A stretch of 64,000 nt of DNA from Eutreptiella sp. 'Long Island Sound 2002' (lineage: Eukaryota; Protista; Euglenida): positions 166,904,001-166,968,000 of the forward strand of contig OZ038378.1 of the NCBI GenBank assembly GCA_964036045.1, given 5' to 3'. How positions within the stretch are numbered: the first letter of the stretch is position 1; each line of letters opens with the position of its first letter. The notes beneath the pieces are model-generated. The model was not told the DNA's origin. It did not search any database and saw nothing but the letters and a program-made list of their open reading frames with translations. A program made the position numbers and the translations under genes. Shown one piece after another: positions 26,101 through 37,649 of this stretch.

Positions 26101-27611
26101 TGTTCTCGTCTCTCCTGCATGTCATTTATGTGGCAGGACGCTTTTCTGTTTTTGTGTTCCCAAAATGTCATCCACTTCTGGGGACAGTGATTCCGGCAAT
26201 GCCAAAAGGCCAGTGAAACATGGCAAAGGACAAGGTGGCCAAAAGGCACGCTATGCCACACAGATTTCGCCTGCAGCACATGTCCACATTATCCATGATA
26301 TGGAGTATGCGTCATCGACCGTACTTTGTATGAAAATTTCAAAATACATTCATGGCCCATTATAATGGTGACACGGAAGGACGGTTGGATTAGCTGCTTG
26401 TGCTGAAAGCTTTGGTGCAGTGTGCATGCTATGTGCTGAAAGCCTCAATATCCTACCAATTGGATGCATAACTGGTCAAAAAAAGAACCTTTTTGCAAAA
26501 AGTCCTGTGCTCCACTGCTGCTCATGGCTGGCATAGAGTCCGGGGACCAAAAAGAAACATACCGCAATTTTACCGCAATTTTACCGCAATTTTACCGCAA
26601 TTTTACCGCAATTTTACCGCAATTTTTTCAGGCTTGGGGGACCACAATCCCCCCCCCCCCAGGATTGAGCTTCCATTCCTGACAGAGGCCTCCAGCAGAG
26701 CCTTTTGGAACCGGGCCGCCTGGGACTTGTCTGTGCGTGTGTTGGGGATGGCTCTTCTTTGACTGTCTGCGGCCTGACGAGATTGTACTACCGACCAGTG
26801 CCTGCCCTGCTTCTACTTGTGCTGGGATTTGGTCGCTTTGCGTCATCTACATGTGTCGAGGATAAAACGTACCGATGATGGTAAGGAACCGAAGTATTCT
26901 CAATCTGAATTGGGTGCATCCGTGTTCGCCGGATTCAGCCCTGGTTGCACCTCGAAAAATGTATCATGCACGGGATTTCTCAAGGGCTTGGGTCCCAGTT
27001 GCTCCCAAAAGGCTTGGGGATTTCATGGCTGAGGGTGCTGAAAGACCAAAAAAATTGTCTGAGATAGGCACATGCCAGATCAGAAGACGTGGAAAGTGGC
27101 GACGGCGGGGGGTTTGGATTGTGTGGGAGTGCTGCATGGGTGTGCCCAGAGAGGGAGCCCATAGGGCTGCTGGAGACCCTTGAGTCCGAGTCTCTAGTCC
27201 TGGGGTTGCCTCTTCAGCCCTCTCCACCCCGAAGCAGAACCACTCCGTAACCGTTTCCCACCCCACTCCCAATTTTGCAAACCCTTCACCTCCTTTCAAC
27301 CCTCATCGCAACCCTGCATATTTGAGGCATATTTTTGGGATGCCGCAGGGAAGAGGAAGTGCAGCTCTGCACTTCAGGTGTACATGAATAAAGAGCCTTC
27401 TTCTATCCTGATCTTCTATCCTAAGCACTGGTGTAAACCAAGGATACAACAGGTAAAGCTATTGTGAAGACCCCTGTGCTTTCTCGGCCTCCCATTCTAT
27501 CCTTCCTGCTGCAGTGTAATGCGAAAGGTTGGCATCGCCAAAGTACGGTACTGCCCCTGCAATGGCAATACTCAAGGCATGCTGCTCATCGATTATTTCT
27601 GGCCAAAGTAG
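17187..27611 (+). CDS. Ppx/GppA-family (ASKHA) phosphatase-like protein with N-terminal TM anchor, about 349 aa. Exons: 17187-17402, 17961-18114, 18530-18615, 21220-~21333, ~23149-23262, 24114-24248, 25492-25625, 27515-27611
   Basis: Spliced motifs appear in the correct order: RAAIDIGSGMTK, AVAT|AAFRETDNG, IPVEIIGQ|EFEGQLGF, WDSGGGSFQ, SPNPVS, GIGGNNCIF, YPQKDMVLPKLILMY|SVMRKVGI...CNGNTQGMLL. Six of seven introns are clean in-phase GT-AG; the intron 4 boundaries are ambiguous. The start codon is inferred. Confidence 0.85.
25656..25723. repeat. 20-bp tandem repeat x3 just inside intron 7 of the Ppx/GppA gene
   Basis: GGTGCCAGAAGTAGGGCTGC starts at 25656, 25676 and 25696. Confidence 0.95.
25961..26661. 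mobile_element. TIR element of about 700 bp in intron 7 of the Ppx/GppA gene
   Basis: Inverted ends GGGGGGATTGCGGTCC / GGACCACAATCCCCCC. A flanking direct repeat GGATTGAGCT lies at 25951-25960 and 26662-26671. Subterminal (ACCGCAATTTT)n arrays occur at 25979-26010 and 26561-26626 (6 copies in the second). Confidence 0.55.
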
Positions 27612-30600
27612 GCGGGGGGATTTGTTGTGCAGGTCCCCTTCCAGTGGCCAGATGGCCAGAGCACGACAGAAGAGGAGAGCATGCATGTGCCCGCGCGCGC
27701 GCGCGTGTGTGTGTGTGTATGTGTGTGTGTTTTCACTGCTGCACTGCAGGCATGCGAGAAGCCAAAGACTGTAGGGGGGTTCTTAAATTGATCCGCAAGA
27801 TCACGATTTTTTTTTTTGTATCCCCACCCCAGCGGGTGGGGTCTGTGGTAAAAGAAAACCACTCCATTTGGTCCTAAAAACTTCGGAACCCAAGTTTTTT
27901 CCCAAAAATAAACAACACCTCACGGGAGCTTTCTTTGGGCGATAAATTGCCGCCAATCGTTGATGTAGAACCTCCGGAGTGGGTGGGGGTACAAAACAAA
28001 GTCGTCAGTGTAACAATGCATCGTTTTTTTCTCCCGTCTGGCAGGTAGTGCAGTTCTTAGGGGCCGATGAAGTGGGCTGATAATAGTAGTAACAGAGTGA
28101 TGGCTGGTGTTGAGACAATGCCAGTTCACTCGATATGATGGACATCCTGACGAGTTCATGCAACGGAGTGAGCACTGGTGTAGGTTGCGACACGAGGCAC
28201 GGCGCTTGGTGCGACTGCACGTCTGTCTTCCGGGACCCCGAGGCTCTTCGCCTCCGCTTTATTTCGTGTTATGTCATACCTTCAGCTACACACAGCTTGC
28301 GGTCTGATCTGCTAGAGGGCCACATGTGATGCACCAGGAATAGCGCTGCATGCATCCCCCATCATTGTTGTGTCTGTTGCCGTGTTCCCTTGTTTTACAT
28401 GTGCCGAAGTATCACGCGCATTTACCCCCGCCGAAAAAGGATGGCTGCGCACTGTGCGCACGTGCGCATCCTTGTTCAGGACAAACGGGCACCAAGGCAC
28501 GGAACTAACTAGCGCAAGGTTAACGCAGGGCTACTTTACCAATGCCCATATCGCCGCCTCGCTGCAGCAATTCACTGCAAAAATCTACATCTTATGTCAG
28601 CATCTCTGACACGCACCGTGCACATGACAACGCAGTGGGAGCTCACACTGTACCAAGCAGACTCCATCCCCACCCCCACCGGAATCTTGACCCTTTCTCG
28701 TAACCCGGACACCGAAGATGCATGTTTTGAAAAGCTCCTTGCAGAAGTGGTTTTTTACGCAAAAATCGTTCTTGTGCAGAACGGCAGGGGAGGTATGAGC
28801 GCTCCAAGTGTCCAGCCCGTTCCCCGAAGAACCCGGACATCATCAGTTCTGGCGTTGCTGAGGATTTAGAGGGTAATTCGGGATTTGTCAGCCTTTCACT
28901 GCAGCCTCACGAGAACTGGACACCATTACTCAGGCTTCTATTTGGGCATATTTTGTACTCTCGGATGTTGTTGACAGCCTTAGTTGCCCAAGGAAGACAG
29001 CGCCGCAAAACATTTTCCAGTGGACATCTTCACCCGCTTCCGCAACCGCCCAGAATTCCACCGGCCCTGATTTATATATGTGTGCTTGGGAGACCGCTGT
29101 TGCGCACTTTCCGCTGTTGCGCACTGCGCGCACCATGCACTTTCAGAATTTACGCATGTGTTCACAGATGGCACTTCCAAGAGATCACAGGCACAATAAT
29201 TAATACCTCCAAAACAACAGCAGGACATACAGACACATTGCAGTGCAAGATTGCACTGCAAATCTACTCTTGTCAGCCCCGACGCGTTCAGATCTCTCCA
29301 GCGGTGTTCGGCCATTGGCGCTCGAACTCGATCTGTCAATTGTACCATCACCCTCGCGCCGTAACGATGGGTTGTGCTGAAAAAAGCGCGGCTGACATTT
29401 ATGGACCACGTGTATTCCTAATTGTAAACACCAGCAGCCACCAAGCCATACATTTTCCAGTCTTTATGACCATCCAAAGGCCCTTGCGGCATTTTACTGG
29501 TTTGGTGACACAACTTCCATGTATTTCTTTCAAAGACCAACCCTCCTCTGCTGCTGCTGCTGCTGTGCGTTGAGGAATGAACCCATTTCACAACTACCTG
29601 GCCTGTTGTTGGAATGCAGCCCTGCTGACCACCTTCCCCCGGCTTGCAACCACAAATCTGATGTATGGGTGCCCCACATGGCCTGTAAATTCCCATGGCA
29701 CCAGCTACTGGACCCAAGCACTCCCCCTTGCAGACTTCCTACTGTCCCCCAACCAGGAAGGAACCTGCAGGCCTCAAGGGCTCTGTACTTCAGCAGATTT
29801 GCCTGACGATCCCCCTGTGCCAATCTCGACCAGCAGTCTGACACGTGACAATGTTGTCTCAAACCTGACAGGGTGCAATGGTGTGGTCCACCCCTACCTA
29901 GTACGGGAACCCCTCCTCAGATCTTGTCAACGTTCGAAGAGCATGGAACTGTGACAATGGCAAAATACCCCTAAACACGTTGAAGATCTGCTGTCACCTT
30001 TGGCCCTCAACAGTCCGTTTATTGGCCACAAAGAAACAACCGAGGCTCCCTTTCGAACCATGGCTTCAGTGGGTTCGTTTTCCCAGGCTGCTGGCCTCCA
30101 GGTCAGGGAGATGGAGGTGGCCAGTGCATCTCATGCGGCTGGGACATGCAGACATGCCTTCCGATGTCATGCTCGGCGTGTTACAAGACGTGACCCTGTC
30201 TCCGTCCTGTGCTGCACCAACGCACAGATCCACTAGGGTGAAAGAGTTGAGGGGGGCAGATGTGCACAATACCTTTGGTTGGTGGGGCAGGGCTTTACTG
30301 TAATAACTCTCATCCGCCATTCCTGACCAGCCTGGATCAAGACACCAGCCACTTCTGCGCCACATATGCACCACAGCTGGCACCCAAAGGCTTTGAAGAT
30401 GTTCTGATACCAGATGTGACTGGCTCTGAAAATGATTGTTTGTGGGTTGTGATTCTTCATTGCGATTATGCCTTTCCTTGGGAGTCAGTCTGGCACACTG
30501 TGTGCACATTCGGTAACAGCAACAGCTGTCCGAAGAAGATGTCGGTATTGCTGCAAAAGTGGTGAATCCTCAGATCGTAAAATTGTCATTTTTTGTTTTA

Positions 30601-32906
30601 TTTTCCCAAATTTCGGGCGCATTTTTTCAGGTTGTGTAGGAGTGCCTGCCATTAATGCAATGCTCGCATCAGTATGTACACAGTGGTATGTATGTATCAG
30701 TATGTACCCGGAGGTTCCATTCGTTATCTGCCCTGATCATCACAGTGCTGGCAGCACTCAACCACACACAAAGAGAGATGGAAAAGGGTGAAGGAAGGCC
30801 CACCCAACAGCTAAAGGGAGGGCAAGAAATCACCCTACCTCTGCGTGGGTACGTCTACCCATCAAAAAGGGAGGACCAATTTAAACCTGGAGGATGGAGA
30901 TGGAGGAGATTCAGTGGAAGTTTCATGTTGAGGTCCAGTGCCACCGGGTTGATATAGTCCACCCAACAAAAAGGGAGGACCAACCGAAACCCGGAGACTT
31001 CCATGATAGAAGATCAACGATGAGCCTGAGCTTTGACTTGGGGTTTTAGGACTGAGAACAACCAAGCCCATCCAAACATAAAGGGCTTCGGAATTCTCTT
31101 ATGTCTAAGGGATCCTTCGTTCATATGTTCAGGTTTTAGTTGTACATAAGCAAGGACATTGGCACGGACATTGGCGAATGCCTTCATTTAAAACAAAATG
31201 ACAAGGATATCAGAAAGTGTATGTTGAAAGTAGAGTATTTTGTGGCACCACCGTCATCGTCCTCCTCCTTCTTCTCCACACACCCACTGCCACGGCCTGT
31301 AGCAGCTTGTTCCACCAGAGTGGCGTTGCCCCCACGGCATGCAGTGGCATGGATTATTCCAGCTCTGTAACTGCCCCCAACCAGAGCACATGTTTCCATA
31401 AGAGCACACAGGCATGTTCTCTTCATTTGCATTCATTTTGCGCAAAATGGAGGTGTGGGTTGTCTGTTCTCTGAAAGGCTCAAAAATGATGTTTTTGTTG
31501 TCCAACTGGATGGTTGGGGGCATCTCCGGGGGAGGCACCATAAGAGCACGTGCATGTTTCTGTGGGAGTTAGGCCCCCATGCTGTCTGTGGGTTAAATGC
31601 AAGGTGTATGCTTCGAAGCTCAGATAAGGTCAACACTTGGACTGCCACGGCACCATTGCAACCCGCGTTGACAAGCCCCGCATCCTATCCGCTCACGGGT
31701 GCCTTTCTGTACTGCCCCTAAAGGGGCGGCAAATGTAAGGCATCTGCCCATGGAGCCCCTAACACACCGAAAATGTGGGGAAACAGATTGGGCAGCCCCC
31801 AGGTGTTGTGTGCTTGAAAGGCACATACACTTAGTACCAACAACGTGCTCCCTCCGGCTGTTCCGGCTGTTGCCTGTAGCCTGACAGCCTACGGCCGTGT
31901 CTTCTCATTGTCCCCCCTCCTTTGGTAGCACTTGTTGTCATGTCAATTATTGGAACGCATCAAATATTGCAGCATCAAGTACTGCAATGGGCAAATGGTG
32001 TGATGGCAGGCGCAACCTGTGTGGCTCAGTGGAATACATGACCTCCCTATGCCCACTCTCTGATCATGTCGTCCAAGCTCTTTCCCTGGTAAACTGGGAG
32101 TGCATATCTTTGAACAATCATTTGAAACCTGGATCATCCTTCTTGCTTTGGGGTGAGGGTGAAGGGGGTGGGGGTTGAGGAAACACACGGGTCTGGGACA
32201 GTGGTGCAGACCGGAGTTGAAAGGTTTGAATGGTTCAGAGTGCTAGAAATTGTCTTGCTCAGCCCCCCTCCACCACTCCCTTAATTGGCAAAGACAGAAC
32301 GTACTGGTATCGGTGGCACATGGAATATAGCTACAACCTAATTATGAAGCCCAGTCCAAATGAGAGATGACAAAAAAATGCGAGAAAATGTTGTAAATGA
32401 CCAAGGGAGTGAGCGAGGGAGAGTGCCAAGCCAAAGAGGCTGGGAGGGGCCAGTGGGACCGGAGTTGACTGTGACAGGGACTGCATTGCTGATGGTGATT
32501 GACCGCATACAGCATGGATCACCGATGTTTCCATGGGAGCGGTGGTTTGAGTTTGTTAGTTGCACATCCCCATTGTTACGCTGTTCAGGGCGGAGTTGAA
32601 CTCAGACCTGCCTTGGCAGGCTCCTGTCTGGCCTAGGACAAACCAGAATGTCATGGTCAGTGCCAATGTTGCATTGATGGGAGAAGCCGACATGACCCCA
32701 CTTGTCCCGTTGCATGTGCCCTGTTGCAATCCCTCTCTATGTGCCCTGCCGCAATCCCGCTCCGTGCCAGAACGCGCGCTGCAGTCTCCCTGTTTGTACC
32801 CTGCTGCAGTCCCGCTCCATGCCAGAACGTGCCTCGCAGCAATCCATTCTCGCCGCTGCAGGTTTTCGAGCTTCTTTGTGGTCTTACTGGATGATATAGT
32901 CACACC

Positions 32907-35600
32907 ATGCTGTCGCATAGCCATTCTGGTGATCACTTACAGGCCCCCGAATTCTCCGCTTCCTTAACCCCTGAGAGGCCAAACGGTGGTGCCACGCATG
33001 CCGTCCACGACACCCCGGTCCGTAACGCTGCACACGGACCACCCCGCACCAGGTCCGGGTCCCGCTGCCAATCCCCGGGCGGATACGCAGGTCGCTGCAC
33101 GTCCCCTCCCAAGTGGGCCAACCCCTCGTCCTCCCATGCCTCGCACGGGATGGCGCCCCCATTCCCCGGCTCCGCATCTGCGACCGTGAACCCGCAATAC
33201 CCCACTGCCCAGCCGCTGTACTCCTCCGCCCCGGGCTCCAACTCCAACAACAACCACGTCGCCCAGGCCCGCGGCCCGCGCCCCGTAGTACTGCGGGGGC
33301 AGCAGCCGGCCCCCGGGCCCCGCCCCGTCCGGGAGGCTGTGCGAGGAGAGGCGACCCCCCCGTCCCCGCCCTCCCCCGCCTCCCCCTTGGGGGTCCCGCC
33401 ACAAGTCACCGCTCCGCGGACCCGCAGCCCCATGCAGCCCGTGTCCCTGTTCCGCAACCCCTCATACGTCCCGGCGGGGCCCTCAGGGCCCACGACGCCC
33501 GCGCCCGTTTCCCCGGTCCGGGGGCGCGCAACCTCCTCACCGGGGCCGGCCCGCAGCGGGGCCGGCGGGCCGCTCACCACGTCCCCGCACCGCAGCAACA
33601 CTACTCCGACCCCCCTGACCTCCGGCGGGGCGCCAAGAACGTCGCCGCCGAAGCGGCGCAAAACCCCGTCGTCGCTGCCCTCCGTCGGTAGCTCCAGCTC
33701 CATCACCACCGTCTCGCCGTCCAGCAGCAGCGGCCCCAAGTCGTCGTCGTTCTCCGGGAGCGCCATCACCGCCACCCGCGTGTCGTCCCCGATTCAGCTT
33801 TCCCCCTCCCCGATCGGCACGCCCCCAATGGCGTCACCCACAGGGGGCGTGCTGGTCATGCAGCCGTATCCAAATGACACTGAGTTGCGGAGGGGCTCCA
33901 CAGATCATGAGACGGAGCGTGAGAAACCGGAGGGTGACCCCAGCCCCTCCGAGGCCAAGGAGCAGAGGGAGGAACACCTGAACCGCAGCCATCCCTGGCA
34001 GCCGAAGTGTCGCCGGTGCAACCGGATCTACGATCCTGATGATGTTGCCCCTCGACTACTGTCGTGCTACCACACGTTCTGTTACTACTGTTGCCTCGAG
34101 GTATGACCCTTGATGGTGATTTTCGTTTTGGCATCATTCAAATGCTCTTGCAAGAGGTGGAAGGGTCTTGCAATGGCACCGAATGAATTTCGTGAGGTAG
34201 TCACCAATACGAATAACTAAGTATAGAATACACATGACCACAGGCTGGTAGCGTTGGTCAACATACAACAATGGCTCCATCATTGTATGGTCAGAGCACA
34301 TTGTGCAGTTCAGCAAAAGGAACATGTCTGCTGCTGTTTTGCCTGCTGCTGCTGCTGCTGCTGCTGCGTGTTTTCCTTCCCCTGGCACATGCACAACACT
34401 GTGCATGTCAGTTTTCCAGAGAGACGAAATCCGGGAGGGACCACCCCACGCCGCCGAACACAACCAACAAAGAAACACGAATGATCTCAATACACAAGCA
34501 ACTCACACGGGCTGCGGAACTGAACACCAACTGCACTGCGTTGTGACCAACCCGCTTGTATGTCCCCCAGTCCGCCACAGGGAAGGGAGGAACAGGCCAA
34601 CCAAGAAGGAGCATGTCAACACGTACCATGCCGTCATCCCAAGACGGTCGGCAGCGGTGCTATGCTAGACAGCCATACCCAGTACCCCCAAGTCCATCCT
34701 CCCACCCCAATTTGTGGAAGATGAACCACCTCCCGCCCCCACTGAAGGAGGTGTCCCAGCATCTACACTGGGACATGCTCCTACCGTAGAGCGAGCAAGT
34801 GGGAGGACAATCAGAAAGGGCGAAAGAAAGCAAGCAGCACCAGGCGCCACAAGGAGAACAAGACATTCAAAAGGAAGCAGGACGTAGGTGGAGAGTACAA
34901 ATACAAGAGGATCTACTTGTAAAGCAGTATCGGAGGTGGCAGGACAAGGAAAGGATACCAGGGGGCCGTTGTCGGGCAAGAAGACGGTGAAGGGAGTTCA
35001 GGTGGGAGGGTTACATATTCCAAAATATGCGCCAGGTGCAGACAGCAATACACTCAGGCGTCATGCCAACCTCCCCCCTGCTCCCCCCCCCCCCCCCACC
35101 TTTTGCCTGATTTCCATCGGCCTCCACTGTGGTATTGCCACCTTGTTGTGATCTTGCCAGCTTTTGTGGCAATGCCATGAACACCAGACCGACTCACACT
35201 CGCCCCTGTTTGCCACAGGCTTCAGCCAAGGATAATCGAATCACCTGCTACGTATGCGGCCTGACGACCGATGTAGACCCTGCAACAGGGGTCAAGGGGC
35301 TGCTGCGCAACTACAGCCTTGAGCCCAGCCTTTTGGGCATTCCCGATGACACGCCGATGATGTTGGCAGCTGCTGCCGAGGCAATGGAGGCACAGTGCAT
35401 GCTGTGCTGCTTCGCGTATGGCGTGAAGAAGCGCATCCCCCGCATCCTGCCTTGCAGGCACACATTCTGCCAGGTCCTGCCCATGGCCCATCCAGAGGCA
35501 AAGGAGGCAAAGGCACACGAGCCAGTCAAGGAGGCTGTTTTCAGGCGTTTGGCATTGGGCCTTCAACATAGAGCAAGAGTGAGTCAGTGAGAGAGCGAGC

Positions 35601-35686
<86 letters not shown>

Positions 35687-36668
35687 GCGAGAGAGAGGAG
35701 AAAGAGAGCAAGCATGCGGAGGCAGAGATAGGGGGAGAGAAGCAGATGACCAGAACACATCCGCTTCCTCATGCTCACACTTTATGCCAGGAAGTTGTCC
35801 ATGTTGCAGGATGGTCAGGGGACAAACAGCGCGGGGCACAGTGCAAGCCACCGGTTCTGGTTGACATGAGACATCTGTTATGTCAGATTGGTTGTCACCC
35901 AGCAGCCCACCGCAGCTGGGCAGACTGGTGGATGGTAAATTAGGCCGACTGGAGGGTTACACTGGGGAAAACAAGCCGATTTAGCCCAAGGCAGGCACTG
36001 ATAGCAGAAAATGGACCAGCGCCTTCCGCCCCACAATGCAACACTCTGCTTGCGGCACCTTCGGAAAATTCCAGTGTCGACCAAAGTGGGTGTGCACTCT
36101 TTCGGAGGCCCAAGGGCAGGAGAGAACTCGTTGTCTGGACCGACGCTGTGGCTTTGGGTGTTGAGGCTTTTTGATGTGCTGTTCAAATGCACAGTCTCAA
36201 CAAGCTGTAGGCAGCCAAGAACTGTACAGCACGGGCTCCACTAACTTTGTTTCCAAAATGTACGTACACGTGCAAAACCCAAGCAGCCTTAGATTCTACC
36301 AACTGCCTTCGCATGTATTCAATGGGTACCTCCGGGTAAAATATGTTTCGCAGTCCTTTGTCCGTCTGTTCAAAGTTTGAATAATAAGTGAAAAGCCAGA
36401 AATCATTTTCCTCCCCTGCCCCCCCCCCCCCTCCTCCAGCGCTCTACTCGCCTCCTGCCCCCGGGTGCTCCCCTAAAGTTCGCGATATGGGTGTCTGAGA
36501 TTTCAGGTGCCCCACTTGGACAGGAGTGAAGTGAGTATTTGCCTGTCAGTTTCTCCATGTTGCCTGCATGCTGATCCACTCTTCAGCTATGCACAAGCCG
36601 TTTGGTGGAGGCCAACGTCATCGAGTGCCCCGTCTGCGAAAGAAAAACTGAGTTGAAAGACCACGAAG
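32907..36668 (+). CDS. Pro/Ser-rich protein with two tandem RING-HC zinc fingers (putative E3 ligase). Exons: ~32907-34100, 35219-35473, 36587-~36668; continues downstream
   Basis: GT-AG splicing completes RING1 (CRRC...CYHTFCYYCCLE|ASAKDNRITCYVC) and RING2 (CMLC...CRHTFCQ|LCTSRLVEANVIECPVC) in phase 0. The true start and the end of exon 3 are uncertain. Confidence 0.8.
35589..35700. repeat. (GA)n microsatellite
   Basis: Directly visible, in intron 2 of the RING gene. Confidence 0.97.
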
Positions 36669-36976
36669 GTATCAGTGCTCAACTCCAAAACCAGTGGGAG
36701 TGCGAATGTCAGTCGTGGGTGGCGGTGAGCCAGGCACATACCAGGACTTGAAGGAAGTAAATTCCAGTGTTTCGGAGTCGTTTTTAGCCAGGGGAAAGCT
36801 TGGTGCGTCTGACAACCGCCTCACAGAAGGACCCACAGTGGCGCCAAACATAGTGTTTTCTTCAGGTAGAATGGGTTTTCACTGCTCTGCTGTTAATGGC
36901 CTCAAGAAGGCATCCAGGAATGATCGCCACACTCATCACCAAATGAGGGGCATGGAAATTTGTCGGAGCGGACACA

Positions 36977-37334
36977 TAACCCCCCCCCCCCTCGTAATAG
37001 CTACGCCCTTGTCCAAGCTACAGCGAGCGTAGGGACCGTATTAATTTGGTACCAAATTTAATTCGGTACAAATGTAGTGCGGCCACATAAGACATGGGTT
37101 TGGTCAACAATTTGCCAGTTACATAGGGTCGTGGACACATTTGTTGTGAGGGTTTGCCCATTTGAAGCCACATCGCTGTGATTTTGGGGATCTCTGTGCA
37201 TTATATTCCCCTTTCTCGCACCAGCTCACCATGTATGTGGTACGCGTAAGCTACGGCCTTGTCCAAGCTACAGTAGGCGTAGGGACCGTATTGATTTGGG
37301 ACTGTTTCGTAGCTATTACAAGGAGGGGGGGGTA
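36977..37334. mobile_element. MITE (about 360 bp) with C-rich TIRs, probably TA-flanked (Tc1/mariner-like)
   Basis: The left end ...CCCCCCCTCGTAATAGCTACG is inverted to the right end CGTAGCTATTACAAGGAGGGGGGGG. An internal ~47-bp direct repeat lies at ~37002 and ~37252. Confidence 0.65.
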
Positions 37335-37649
37335 TATTTGGTCCACGCCCACCAGACAAGCGTTGTCATGAGAACACCACTGCAAGTTTTGGCCCCCACA
37401 ACCCGGAAATGTCAGCGTAGGAGATCGCTGTGATCGTGGACGTTCTGGTTGTGGGACCGATGATACCTCCAAAGACCGATCCACAAACTTTCAGTCCAGC
37501 CATCCTAGCACCAGACTTTGTAGTGACCATTTTTGAAGGTCAGTGACGAAGCATGCTGAACGCCGAGCCTCACTGTGGAGGGATGTCTCAATTGTTTCAC
37601 CACCTGATCTTCCTCTGATTTCCAAACAAGTGACCCTTCAGTACCCCTT

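Noticed and set aside
26817-26885. Candidate last exon of the Ppx/GppA gene (VALRHLHVSRIK...|GTAAGG)
   Set aside because: It has no usable acceptor. The exon at 27515-27611 has a clean phase-matched acceptor and the expected VM..VGI...NG..G.LL ending.
27990-28025. YTDD (CYTDDFVL) on the minus strand as an RT active site
   Set aside because: No convincing upstream RT motifs, and the ORF is only 79 aa; likely chance.
32933-33775. 280-aa minus-strand ORF and other overlapping ORFs
   Set aside because: GC-rich antisense or alternative-frame shadows of the RING gene's first exon.
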